Shown in pieces: positions 1 through 8,101 of a stretch of 64,000 bases of DNA. This stretch comes from Bacillota bacterium (lineage in GTDB: Bacteria; Bacillota; Clostridia; Tissierellales; MES13), in NCBI GenBank assembly GCA_009711765.1, contig VEND01000090.1:1065-65064 (forward strand), in the 5' to 3' direction. The position numbers and the translations under genes are program-made. The notes below the pieces were generated by a model, which made no database searches, was not told the origin of the DNA, and was given only the letters and a program-made list of their open reading frames with translations. The number at the start of each line of letters is the position of its first letter. Position 1 is the first letter of the stretch.

Positions 1-920
1 ATAAAACTACCAATGGAATCCTTAAACAAATCGATGAGATACAAAAAGGGGCATGGATAAATTTAACTGACCCCACTGAATCTGAATTAAACCTATTACA
101 TGAAAAGTTAGAAATAGACTTAGATTTTTTAAAAGCACCCTTAGATGATGAAGAAAGTTCAAGAATTGAAACCGAGAACGGACAAGTTTTTATATTATTA
201 GACATACCAATAACAGAGGAAGAGGATGGATCCCAGATATACTACACATTACCCTTAGGTATAATTATAGCTGGGAAAAACATAATTACAATATGCTTAA
301 AGGAAAATACAGTAATAAATCAATTTTTAGAAAAAAAGGTAAAATCCTTTTACACATTCAAAAAAACAAGATTTTTATTACAGATACTTTTTAGAATATC
401 AGCTAGGTATTTAGTATATCTAAAACAAATAGACAAAATGAGTAATAGAATAGAAAAAGAACTTCATAAATCTATGAAAAATAAAGAACTTATTCAACTT
501 TTAGATTTAGAAAAAAGTTTGGTTTATTTTTCAACATCCCTTAAGGCTAATGAAATGGTGTTAGAAAAGATGTTAAAAAATCAAGCTGTAAAATTATATC
601 CAGAGGATGAAGAGTTATTACAGGATGTTATTATAGAAAATAAACAGGCAATAGAAATGGCAAGTATTTATAGTAATATACTAAGTGGAATGATGGATGC
701 CTTTGCATCTGTAATTTCAAATAATGTAAATATAGTAATGAAATTTTTAGCATCAATAACAATAGTTATGTCAATACCAACTATGATAGCTAGTTTCTAT
801 GGAATGAATGTGGGGCTTCCTCTTCAAGATACTCCCTATGCATTTTTATTAGTAGTGGGACTTTCAGTTATACTTTCTGTATTAACAGTTGTTATATTAG
901 CAAAGAAAAGAATGTTTTAA
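1..920 (+). CDS. corA: CorA-family Mg2+/Co2+ transporter, 5'-truncated by window edge
   Basis: Frame 3 is open from base 3 (KTTNGILKQIDEIQKGAWINLTDP...) and continues into listed ORF 438..920. C-terminus has the FYGMNVGLP (GMN) signature and a final TM helix. Confidence 0.9.
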   Translation, partial: KTTNGILKQIDEIQKGAWINLTDPTESELNLLHEKLEIDLDFLKAPLDDEESSRIETENGQVFILLDIPITEEEDGSQIYYTLPLGIIIAGKNIITICLKENTVINQFLEKKVKSFYTFKKTRFLLQILFRISARYLVYLKQIDKMSNRIEKELHKSMKNKELIQLLDLEKSLVYFSTSLKANEMVLEKMLKNQAVKLYPEDEELLQDVIIENKQAIEMASIYSNILSGMMDAFASVISNNVNIVMKFLASITIVMSIPTMIASFYGMNVGLPLQDTPYAFLLVVGLSVILSVLTVVILAKKRMF

Positions 921-947
921 AAAAGCAGCCAATAATGGCTGCTTTCT
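921..947. terminator. Bidirectional hairpin between convergent corA and chemoreceptor genes
   Basis: AGCAGCC-aataat-GGCTGCT stem-loop (924..943) flanked by A-run and T-rich sequence. Confidence 0.7.
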
Positions 948-2749
948 TATATCCTATATTTTTTCAAATCATTACTAAAGTCTTCTGAAACCTTTTTAAA
1001 TTCCTTGATATTTTCCATCATCTTTTCAATTTCATTAGCATAGGTTGTTACATTAGCACTTACTTCTTCAGAGGATGCTGAATTTTCCTCTGCTATTGCA
1101 GCAAGGTTTTCTATATTTGAAGAAACTTTGTTTATAGATTCTGTTTCCCTATTTAAGTTATCAATCATTTCTATTAATGAATTAGATACATTCTCTATGG
1201 ATGAAACTGTATTTAAGTTTTCCTCAGCAACCATTGATAATTCTTTATTTTCACTATCTAAAACAGTATACTGAGTATCTATTTGATTAACTAAAGAATC
1301 AATATCATTTATAAAGGATAATAGGTTTTCATTAATATTAGTTACAGCTTCTTTAGATTCTTCAGCAAGCTCTCTTATCTCTTGGGCTACCACTGCAAAG
1401 CCTTTACCATATTCCCCTGCTCTAGAAGCTTCTATAGAAGCATTTAAAGCAAGTAGATTAGTTTGTTCTGCTATGGCTTCTACAGTTTCTACAATTTTAG
1501 TAACATCCTTTGCTTTATTTTGTAATGTAAGGCCATTTTCTTTAACTAATGAAAAATCATTAAGTATTTCTTTTAAACTAGAAGATGTATTTTTTAATTT
1601 CTCATAACCTTCATTAATATCATTTACAACCCTTTCAAGTTCATCTTTACTTTCATTTTCCTTATCAGTGATATCATTTAAACTTGATATGTTTTCATTT
1701 AATAAATGGGCTGCAGACTCTGTTTCATCTGCTTGACTAACTGCCCCTTCAGCAACTTGTTCGACAACCCCTGAAATATCCTTAGAGGTTCTATTCATAT
1801 TTTCAGATATTTCATTAAATGTCTCACCAAAAACATTTAATTCATCAGTTGTGCCTTTAAAACCTACAAAATCTGTTTTTAAACTAGACTTATATTCTGA
1901 TATAAGTTTATTTAACTCTTCAAAGAAATCATTTGTCGATATTTCATTTTCCTCAGCGAAGTTTTTCTCCTTTAAATCCTTTAAATGGGTTATTATTTTT
2001 TTCTTAGGTAAAAATAATAGTTTTGATACTATAAATGGAGCTAAGAAACTTAATCCTAAAGTAGTGATAGTAAGAATATTACCATCTAAAATATTGGATA
2101 GGGCTATATAGGGAGCACCTATTAATATAAGGGACGATATTCCTATTTTAAGATCTAGTCTTTTTATAAAACCAAAGGATAATAATTTATTTATCTTAAA
2201 GTTTTTATAATAATAAATAGCTTCTTTAAATTTAATATGTACCTTTGTGTAATCATTTTCTTTATCAATTGTCTTTATATCAATGTCTTCATCATAATAT
2301 TTACCTGCACCTATTAACAATCCATTAAAATAACCAAACATTCCCCTTGAACTTTTATAAGTCATTTCAGCAGTATATTTATCGATGGGTTTTATACCTA
2401 ATATAGGTGGTTTTGCCCCTGGTATTTTTTCTGTTATTACAACATGGACATCATACATCGATTTAAGAAATGAATATAAATTTTTATGATCAAAGAATGC
2501 TGGATAATCATTACTAAAGGTCTCGATATTATCAATCCCTATTTCTTTCCAAACTTCATATGTAGATTTATTTGATTTTTCTGATATAAAATTAATCATA
2601 TCCTTAGGTTTATCATCTTCAATATCTTCAGTTGGTTTAAATATTCTTTCTGGGTCTAAACCTGCATTACTCATTGCTTTATCTGTTATATCTTTACCAT
2701 AAATTTTTCTTGAGGTTTTTACCCAAGCAGATACTACAGTTCCTTTCAT
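947..2749 (-). CDS. Methyl-accepting chemotaxis protein with N-terminal H-NOX (heme NO/O2-binding) sensor domain
   Basis: N-terminal 180 aa align by eye with Caldanaerobacter Tt H-NOX/Tar4 (MKGT.V..W.KT; H102; Y131-x-S133-x-R135; P115). Two TM helices follow. C-terminal MCP signalling core is [38 protein letters not shown]. Confidence 0.88.
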   Translation of the reverse strand: MKGTVVSAWVKTSRKIYGKDITDKAMSNAGLDPERIFKPTEDIEDDKPKDMINFISEKSNKSTYEVWKEIGIDNIETFSNDYPAFFDHKNLYSFLKSMYDVHVVITEKIPGAKPPILGIKPIDKYTAEMTYKSSRGMFGYFNGLLIGAGKYYDEDIDIKTIDKENDYTKVHIKFKEAIYYYKNFKINKLLSFGFIKRLDLKIGISSLILIGAPYIALSNILDGNILTITTLGLSFLAPFIVSKLLFLPKKKIITHLKDLKEKNFAEENEISTNDFFEELNKLISEYKSSLKTDFVGFKGTTDELNVFGETFNEISENMNRTSKDISGVVEQVAEGAVSQADETESAAHLLNENISSLNDITDKENESKDELERVVNDINEGYEKLKNTSSSLKEILNDFSLVKENGLTLQNKAKDVTKIVETVEAIAEQTNLLALNASIEASRAGEYGKGFAVVAQEIRELAEESKEAVTNINENLLSFINDIDSLVNQIDTQYTVLDSENKELSMVAEENLNTVSSIENVSNSLIEMIDNLNRETESINKVSSNIENLAAIAEENSASSEEVSANVTTYANEIEKMMENIKEFKKVSEDFSNDLKKYRI

Positions 2750-3006
2750 ATCTTTAGTCCTCCTCCTTTTATAAAAATAATGCTACTTTTAATATTACAC
2801 AAAATACGACAGAATTCCTTCTTTTTAACAAACAAAAAACATAACTACATACATGCACACTGATATAAATAAAAACATATTATATACTATACAAAACTGC
2901 AAAATGACTGTAATTTAAATGAAAAAATATAAGTAAAATGGGTGAATATTTATCTATTACCCAATTTTTTTAACTTTAATTCCTTAAAATTAAGGAGGTA
3001 ATTATT

Positions 3007-4428
3007 TTGAATGATATATTTTATATAAGAGTTTTTAATAAAAGAAATAAAAAGGTATCTAGAGTACCTATTGAATATATAGTAACAATGGCTGTAGCAG
3101 CCCAGGCTCCTATTAAATTTCATGAAGAATTTTTAAAAGTGCAATCAATTATAGCTAGAACAATCCTTATTAAAAAGATAAAAGCCCTAGGGGGAAAAGG
3201 ATGCACTAAATATGATAGATGCGATATATGTGATGAAGGACACTGTATAAATATGGCCAGTGAAAAGTCACTAAAAGAAAAGTGGAAAGAAGACTATAAT
3301 AAAAATATGGAAATTATAAAAAGGGCAGTAAAATCCACTGAGGATTTAATTATAACTATGGATAATAAACCAATAGATGCAAGGTTTCATAATAGTTGTG
3401 GTGGTTCTACTGAAAATGCTGAGAATGTATTAGGTAATAAAGTATTATATTTAAGAAAGGTTTTATGTGATAATTGTGTGGATTCCCCTGATTGGGATAA
3501 AGAGAAGGTAATAAATATAAAAGATCTACAAGAGAAGTTAGGAGTTAAATTTCCTAAGTTAAATTACAAATTAGATGTAGATATCAAAGGTTTTATAGAA
3601 GATATAAAAAGGGATGAGCAAGGTAGAATCCAAAGTATGAAAATAGGTGATAAAGTTTTTAAAGGTATAGAGATAATGGATATTTTAAATCTTAAATCCA
3701 CAAAATTTAGTATGTCCCCTTTAACTATTAAAGTTAAATCTAGAGGAAGGGGAGATGGCTTAGGTTTATGTCAATGTGGGGCTAATGAAATGGCTAAAGA
3801 AGGCTTTTTATATGAGGATATAATAAATTATTACTATACAGGGGTTGAAATTAAAAAGGTTGAAAAGCCATGCATAAATAAGCCACTTCAGGGTAAGATA
3901 TTTATATTAGACCCAGGACATGGAGGAAGCGTTACAACCGATAATGTTGGAGTTAATGGTTTAAGAGAAAAGGATGTTGTACTTAAAATATGTAAGTTAC
4001 TGAAAAAATCATTAACTAAATTAGGAGCGACTATACATCTAACCCGGGATAGTGATATATACATTCCATTAAATAAAAGAGTTAATCTCGTAAATGATAT
4101 TAGGCCTGATTTTTTATTATCTATTCATCTTAACTACTTTCCTAATAGTTCCATAAAGGGTTGTGAGATTTATCATTTTAAAAATGATACTGACAGTTTT
4201 GCCCTAGGAAAATTTATAATAAACAATATAAAGGATTTAGATATTATAGCTAAGGGAGTTAGAAGTGCAGAATTTTTTATGCTCCGAGAATGCGGGGTAA
4301 GTAGTCTTCATATTGAGGTTGATTATTTAAGTAATCCTTTAGTGGAAGAAAAATTAAGAAGTGATGATTATTTAACTAAGATAACAAGTAAAATAACTGA
4401 AGGAATCCTAGAATTTTACGAATATTAA
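3007..4428 (+). CDS. SpoIID/LytB-like domain fused to N-acetylmuramoyl-L-alanine amidase (Amidase_3)
   Basis: TTG start after TAAGGAGG. SpoIID-type block: KVQSIIARTI...GHC...DARFHNSCGGSTENAENV. C-terminal Amidase_3 block: ILDPGHGG...REKDVVL...LLSIHLN...GCEIYH. Confidence 0.8.
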   Translation: MNDIFYIRVFNKRNKKVSRVPIEYIVTMAVAAQAPIKFHEEFLKVQSIIARTILIKKIKALGGKGCTKYDRCDICDEGHCINMASEKSLKEKWKEDYNKNMEIIKRAVKSTEDLIITMDNKPIDARFHNSCGGSTENAENVLGNKVLYLRKVLCDNCVDSPDWDKEKVINIKDLQEKLGVKFPKLNYKLDVDIKGFIEDIKRDEQGRIQSMKIGDKVFKGIEIMDILNLKSTKFSMSPLTIKVKSRGRGDGLGLCQCGANEMAKEGFLYEDIINYYYTGVEIKKVEKPCINKPLQGKIFILDPGHGGSVTTDNVGVNGLREKDVVLKICKLLKKSLTKLGATIHLTRDSDIYIPLNKRVNLVNDIRPDFLLSIHLNYFPNSSIKGCEIYHFKNDTDSFALGKFIINNIKDLDIIAKGVRSAEFFMLRECGVSSLHIEVDYLSNPLVEEKLRSDDYLTKITSKITEGILEFYEY

Positions 4429-4469
4429 AGAAATTCTTTGAAAATAGATTATTTTAAAGGGTTTAACAT

Positions 4470-4541
4470 TTGACAAGTTATACAATAAAGTAGTATAATA
4501 AATAGTTACCACTTGACAATTGACTATTATTATGATATTAT
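4470..4541 (+). promoter_or_regulatory. Tandem sigma-A type promoters upstream of veg
   Basis: P1: TTGACA (4470..4475), 18 nt, TATAAT (4494..4499). P2: TTGACA (4513..4518), 17 nt, TATTAT (4536..4541) with TG two nt upstream (extended -10). Confidence 0.6.
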
Positions 4542-4583
4542 TATATATGTTGATTTACGTATAAAATTAAAGAAGGTGATTGT

Positions 4584-4850
4584 TTGAATCCAAAGAACAC
4601 TCTTGAAAAAATCAAGGAAAATGTTGAGAGCTATGTGGGTGAAAAAGTTAGACTTAAAGCTAATAAAGGTAGAAAGAAGACCACAATAAGAGAAGGGGTT
4701 TTAGAAAATGCTTACCCTAGTATCTTTGTAGTAAAAATCGAGGGAGGATATAATTCGGTAAGAAGAGTATCCTACAGTTATTCAGATATCTTAACAGAAA
4801 CAGTAGAAGTTACTGTATGCAACGAAGAAACAAAGATTCAAATAAGCTAA
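4584..4850 (+). CDS. veg: Veg (biofilm/sporulation-associated small protein)
   Basis: 88 aa with TTG start after GAAGGTG. Close match to B. subtilis Veg core (RL.LKAN.GR.K...G.L...YPS.FV......RVSYSY.DILTETVE). Confidence 0.92.
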   Translation: MNPKNTLEKIKENVESYVGEKVRLKANKGRKKTTIREGVLENAYPSIFVVKIEGGYNSVRRVSYSYSDILTETVEVTVCNEETKIQIS

Positions 4851-4860
4851 TTCTAGCATA

Positions 4861-4895
4861 AATGAACTGCCCTAATAGGGCAGTTCATTTTTTTG
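4861..4895 (+). terminator. Rho-independent terminator of veg
   Basis: AATGAACTGCCCT-aat-AGGGCAGTTCATT perfect 13-bp stem followed by a T-run. Confidence 0.9.
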
Positions 4896-4987
4896 ATATA
4901 CTACTAATTATTACAAATAAACTAATCTTAAAGAATAGGTTAAAGTCTGATATAATTAGATTATACTTAATACGAGGGGGACTTTCT

Positions 4988-5815
4988 TTGAAAAAACTAA
5001 TGATATTACTTTTTATATTAACATTTCTTTTCTCTGGATGCGCTAAAAGTAAACCAAACAAGCCAGAGGATGTAAAAGCAGATGAAAATATAGATGAAAA
5101 TAATGAAGTTAAAGACGATAAAGATAAAAAGGAAAAAAAGGAAGAAAAGATATATGAAGGTGAAGCCCTAGATACATTAGATAAGGATGGAATAATAGAA
5201 GTCTATAGTGAAAGGGTAGAAAATGTAAGGGATAATGAAACTAAGGAAAAAGCAATATATAAGTTAAAAGATTTTGAAAAAGTAAAACTACTAGAAACAC
5301 TACCCTATGGATGGTTTTTAGTTGAACTTAAGGATGGAACTAAAGGATATGTGGATTCAAGATATATAAGAACAAAGGAAATTCCGCCCCATGATTTTAA
5401 TGTAAAGGATAAAGGATATACCCTAATATTTACCCATGAAGATCAAACCCTTAAGATATATAAAGATGGAAAACTTATAAAAGAAACCATAGGTTCAAGT
5501 GGTCTTTGGGATCATTTCACTCCTAGGGGAATATTTAGAGTTCAGGATAAAATTAAGCTTTATGGTAAACTTAGACCAAGTAGAGGAAAGTGGTTTTATA
5601 CGCCTAGGATAAAACAAGGCGGTAAATACTGGGTAAGATTCAGTGGAGTTTATTTATTTCATTCAGTACCCTTTACTGAGGAGGGTAAGTTAATTAAAAA
5701 AGAAGCTCAAAAACTTGGACAACCTGCAAGTCATGGTTGTATTAGACTTCCTGTTGAGGATGCTAAATATATATATGAAAATATAAAACCAGGAGCATTG
5801 GTTTTAATATATTAA
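4988..5815 (+). CDS. L,D-transpeptidase (YkuD domain) lipoprotein with SH3-like domain
   Basis: Listed ORF 4862 begins inside the veg terminator. The likely start is TTG 4988 (or ATG 5000) after GAGGGGGA. Lipobox LFSGC. YkuD catalytic block is GQPASHGCIRLP. Confidence 0.85.
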   Translation: MKKLMILLFILTFLFSGCAKSKPNKPEDVKADENIDENNEVKDDKDKKEKKEEKIYEGEALDTLDKDGIIEVYSERVENVRDNETKEKAIYKLKDFEKVKLLETLPYGWFLVELKDGTKGYVDSRYIRTKEIPPHDFNVKDKGYTLIFTHEDQTLKIYKDGKLIKETIGSSGLWDHFTPRGIFRVQDKIKLYGKLRPSRGKWFYTPRIKQGGKYWVRFSGVYLFHSVPFTEEGKLIKKEAQKLGQPASHGCIRLPVEDAKYIYENIKPGALVLIY

Positions 5816-6147
5816 CAAATTAGGTAATAGACAGTTAATAACTGTTTAAATAGATAATTAAATAATAAAAAATAAAAACAGTCTTAGTTCTATAAAATTT
5901 AGAACTAAGGCTGCTTTTATTTTTTTGTAGTTGCTTGTTTATTAAAGTAAAATTTTTTAAAAAATAAATAGACAAGCAAACATGTTTTGTAATTAGCGAA
6001 TATATATTTAAAAAGAAATAGAAATTAATGTATAGAACAAGAAATCAGTGGAAATAATTAACTATGAATATAAATTAAAGGGAGACAAGGAAATACATTC
6101 CATACATGGGCACCTGGAATGTAGGGAGTCAATGGTGCAACCGACCC
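5747..6147 (+). repeat. Copy A of duplicated segment (ldt 3' end + intergenic + structured leader)
   Basis: Aligns by eye with 10539..10856. Copy A carries about 90 extra nt around the ldt terminator. Confidence 0.85.
5876..5927 (+). terminator. Rho-independent terminator of the L,D-transpeptidase gene
   Basis: CAGTCTTAGTTCTA...TAGAACTAAGGCTG 14-bp stem (one G-U) followed by TTTTATTTTTTT. Confidence 0.8.
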
Positions 6148-6178
6148 GAGGCCTAGAAAGATTTAGGTTGTATTTTTA
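6078..6178 (+). promoter_or_regulatory. c-di-GMP-II (GEMM-II)-like riboswitch, copy A, leader of sipW
   Basis: Ordered blocks GGAAAUAC, AUGGGCACC and GGUGCAACCGACC, as I recall them from the C. acetobutylicum c-di-GMP-II aptamer (..UGGGCAC..GUGCAACCGACC..). Stem ACAUUCCA/UGGAAUGU. Weak hairpin 6150..6169 plus U-run lies before the sipW RBS. Confidence 0.68.
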
Positions 6179-6198
6179 TGTTAAAAAAGGGGGAGCAC

Positions 6199-6747
6199 AT
6201 GAAAAAAGTGTTTAAATGGCTAAGTAATATCATACTTGGAATTTTAATTATTTTAGTTTTATTTTCTGTATTTTCTATGTTTCAAAGTAGAAAAAATCCA
6301 GATAAAGTACAATCAATATTTGGGTATAAACCAATGTCAGTTTTAACTGGAAGTATGAGACCAAAGCTTCAACCTGGGGATATGATAGTAGCTAAGGATA
6401 TACTTCCAAAAGAAGTTAAATTAAAAGATATCATAACTTTTAAAATAGGTAGTAATACTTTAGTTACCCATAGAGTTGTAGATATTGTTACTAAAGATAA
6501 TAAACTATATTTTAAAACTAAAGGTGATGCAAATAATGTGAAAGACCAAGATTTAGTATCATCAGACCAACTTATAGGAGTTTTAGCTTTTAATATACCT
6601 AAAGGCGGATATATAGCTAATTTTATAAGAAGTCCTAAAGGTTTTTTATTATTAATTATAGTGCCAATAATTCTCCTTTTAGGAGGGGAATTAAAAAGCA
6701 TATTATCAGATGTGGATGAATGCGATAACAAAGTCAAAAAATTCTAA
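6199..6747 (+). CDS. sipW: Signal peptidase I, SipW (archaeal/ER) type
   Basis: ATG 6199 after AAGGGGGAG. N-terminal TM, then LTGSMRPKLQPGDMIV (Ser box), VTHRVVD (His box) and TKGDANNVKD, plus a C-terminal TM as in B. subtilis SipW. Confidence 0.88.
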   Translation: MKKVFKWLSNIILGILIILVLFSVFSMFQSRKNPDKVQSIFGYKPMSVLTGSMRPKLQPGDMIVAKDILPKEVKLKDIITFKIGSNTLVTHRVVDIVTKDNKLYFKTKGDANNVKDQDLVSSDQLIGVLAFNIPKGGYIANFIRSPKGFLLLIIVPIILLLGGELKSILSDVDECDNKVKKF

Positions 6748-6844
6748 TGATAATATGTAATATAAAAACAAAATAATTAACATAGTTTAAGGTTTACTAG
6801 GGGATAAAAGATTACTTTAGGAGGTGACTTGTAACTAAAGAGAA

Positions 6845-6885
6845 AAAAATGGGCATCTGTGAGAGAGATAACCCATTTTTAAAAA
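6845..6885 (+). terminator. Hairpin plus T-run between sipW and first TasA-like gene (possible attenuator or terminator)
   Basis: AAAAATGGG (6845..6853) pairs with CCCATTTTT (6872..6880), with an inner ATCT/AGAT extension. Confidence 0.45.
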
Positions 6886-6964
6886 AAGAAAATATAATAA
6901 AACTTTCTACTATAGTATATGTAAAAAATAGAAAATTAAAATAGTTCTTAAGGAGGATTTTTAA

Positions 6965-7924
6965 ATGAAAAAGAAAGTATTATTAAGTGTTTTATTGGTA
7001 GGTTTATTAGCCTTTGGTGCAGGAATGGGAACTTTAGCTTATTTTCAAAGTCAATTTAAAAGTGTAGGTTCAGTTATTCAAGCTGCTGAATGGGATATTG
7101 AGATGGATGATTTAATTGAAAATACGAATGGCACAGTTACAAGTGAATTTGACGTACCTTATTTTGCACCAGGTATGAGTAATGAAATGTCGTTATTTAT
7201 TAGAAGTGGGGCTACAAATGTAGATAGAAAGATTACAGTGAAAGTTGAACCTAAGGGTGATTTATTTACAAATATTAACTATCCATTTATTTTTAATGTA
7301 AATCATAGTAATGGACCAGGCGCTCCAACTTTAGTAGAAGATAATAAAGTTTATACCTATGAGTTCTATAGAACAAAAGAAGAAATTATAGGTACCGAAT
7401 ATATTTCTGTAGAGTATGAATGGCCATTTGATAGTTCTCCAGCAGTTGACAAAAGTTTAGAAGGGTTAGCAGGTACAATGGATGTCACAGTAACAGTTAC
7501 TCAAGTTAAGCCAGAAGATATGCCAGCTAGTTATACACAACTTTCAGGAGATGCAAGAGTTAATGCACCAGTTGATGGAGTAAAAAGAAATTGGTCACCT
7601 TTCCAAGGTAAAATAGATGAAAATAATGTACCTATTGAAATGAAAATTGAGGATCCAAATCTTGGTACTATAGAATTTGAATTAGAATATAATAAAGCTG
7701 TTAATGAATATAATTTAGCTAAATTTGAAGCTAATACTCCTGTAGGTCAAAATTATTTAGACAAAATTGTTCATCTTAGATTTATGCCTGATAACGAAAC
7801 ACCTGGACCACAAGTAAACCTTAGAAATGGATTTTCTTTAGAAGGTATTGATATAACTTCAGCAACACATTTTTACTTTTGTGATGTAAGCGGAAATAAT
7901 CAAAAGATTGAGATAGACAAATAA
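6965..7924 (+). CDS. TasA/camelysin-superfamily secreted protein with extra C-terminal domain
   Basis: SipW-cognate-style signal (LLAFGAGMGTLAYFQSQ). PG strand FAPGMSNEMSLFIRSG. C-terminal strand of the fold is LAGTMDVTVTVTQ at about aa 170-185. About 130 aa of unassigned domain follow. Confidence 0.75.
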   Translation: MKKKVLLSVLLVGLLAFGAGMGTLAYFQSQFKSVGSVIQAAEWDIEMDDLIENTNGTVTSEFDVPYFAPGMSNEMSLFIRSGATNVDRKITVKVEPKGDLFTNINYPFIFNVNHSNGPGAPTLVEDNKVYTYEFYRTKEEIIGTEYISVEYEWPFDSSPAVDKSLEGLAGTMDVTVTVTQVKPEDMPASYTQLSGDARVNAPVDGVKRNWSPFQGKIDENNVPIEMKIEDPNLGTIEFELEYNKAVNEYNLAKFEANTPVGQNYLDKIVHLRFMPDNETPGPQVNLRNGFSLEGIDITSATHFYFCDVSGNNQKIEIDK

Positions 7925-7930
7925 ACAATG

Positions 7931-7970
7931 AAACAAACAGGTGAGTAGTTATACTCATCTGTTTGTATAT
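7931..7970 (+). terminator. Hairpin after TasA-like gene (weak terminator)
   Basis: ACAAACAGGTGAGTA / TACTCATCTGTTTGT 15-bp stem (one G-U). No strong T-run follows. Confidence 0.4.
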
Positions 7971-8101
7971 AACTAGACACAGTACCTTAATAATAAACTT
8001 TGTAATAGTTTTATGAAATTAATAAGGCTATAAAAATATTATAATTTTATTAATTTTATAGAAATTTTCAATTTAAATTCTTGTGAGTAAAGGAGATGGA
8101 A

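Noticed and set aside
1851-2111. Antisense ORFs inside longer, well-supported genes. They are 1851..2111+, 6369..6737-, 8119..8400-, 10179..10442-, 12467..12667-, 12552..12803-, 13702..14067-, 18389..18601-, 19839..20213+, 22011..22202-, 22647..23087-, 23683..24111-, 25144..25329-, 26194..26403-, 31218..31460-, 33116..33382-, 38998..39291-, 39484..39786-, 40246..40500-, 45100..45351-, 45403..45720-, 55404..55613-, 57841..58035-, 58188..58421-, 59051..59263+ and 62119..62340+.
   Set aside because: Each lies opposite a gene with clear family motifs. Their translations are low-complexity S/L/I/F-rich strings typical of the reverse frame of AT-rich, K/E/N-rich coding DNA. None has a convincing RBS.
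4862-4987. N-terminal 42 codons of listed ORF 4862..5815 (MNCPNRAVHFF...).
   Set aside because: This stretch is the veg terminator hairpin and its T-run read as protein. A TTG/ATG start with a GAGGGGGA RBS at 4988/5000 gives a normal lipoprotein signal peptide.
5931-5979. Inverted repeat TTGCTTGT...ACAAGCAA with a 33-nt AT-rich spacer, upstream of riboswitch copy A.
   Set aside because: It is present only in copy A; copy B retains just GACAAGCA. The loop is too long for a stable hairpin and there is no supporting conservation. It is noted only as a possible operator pair.
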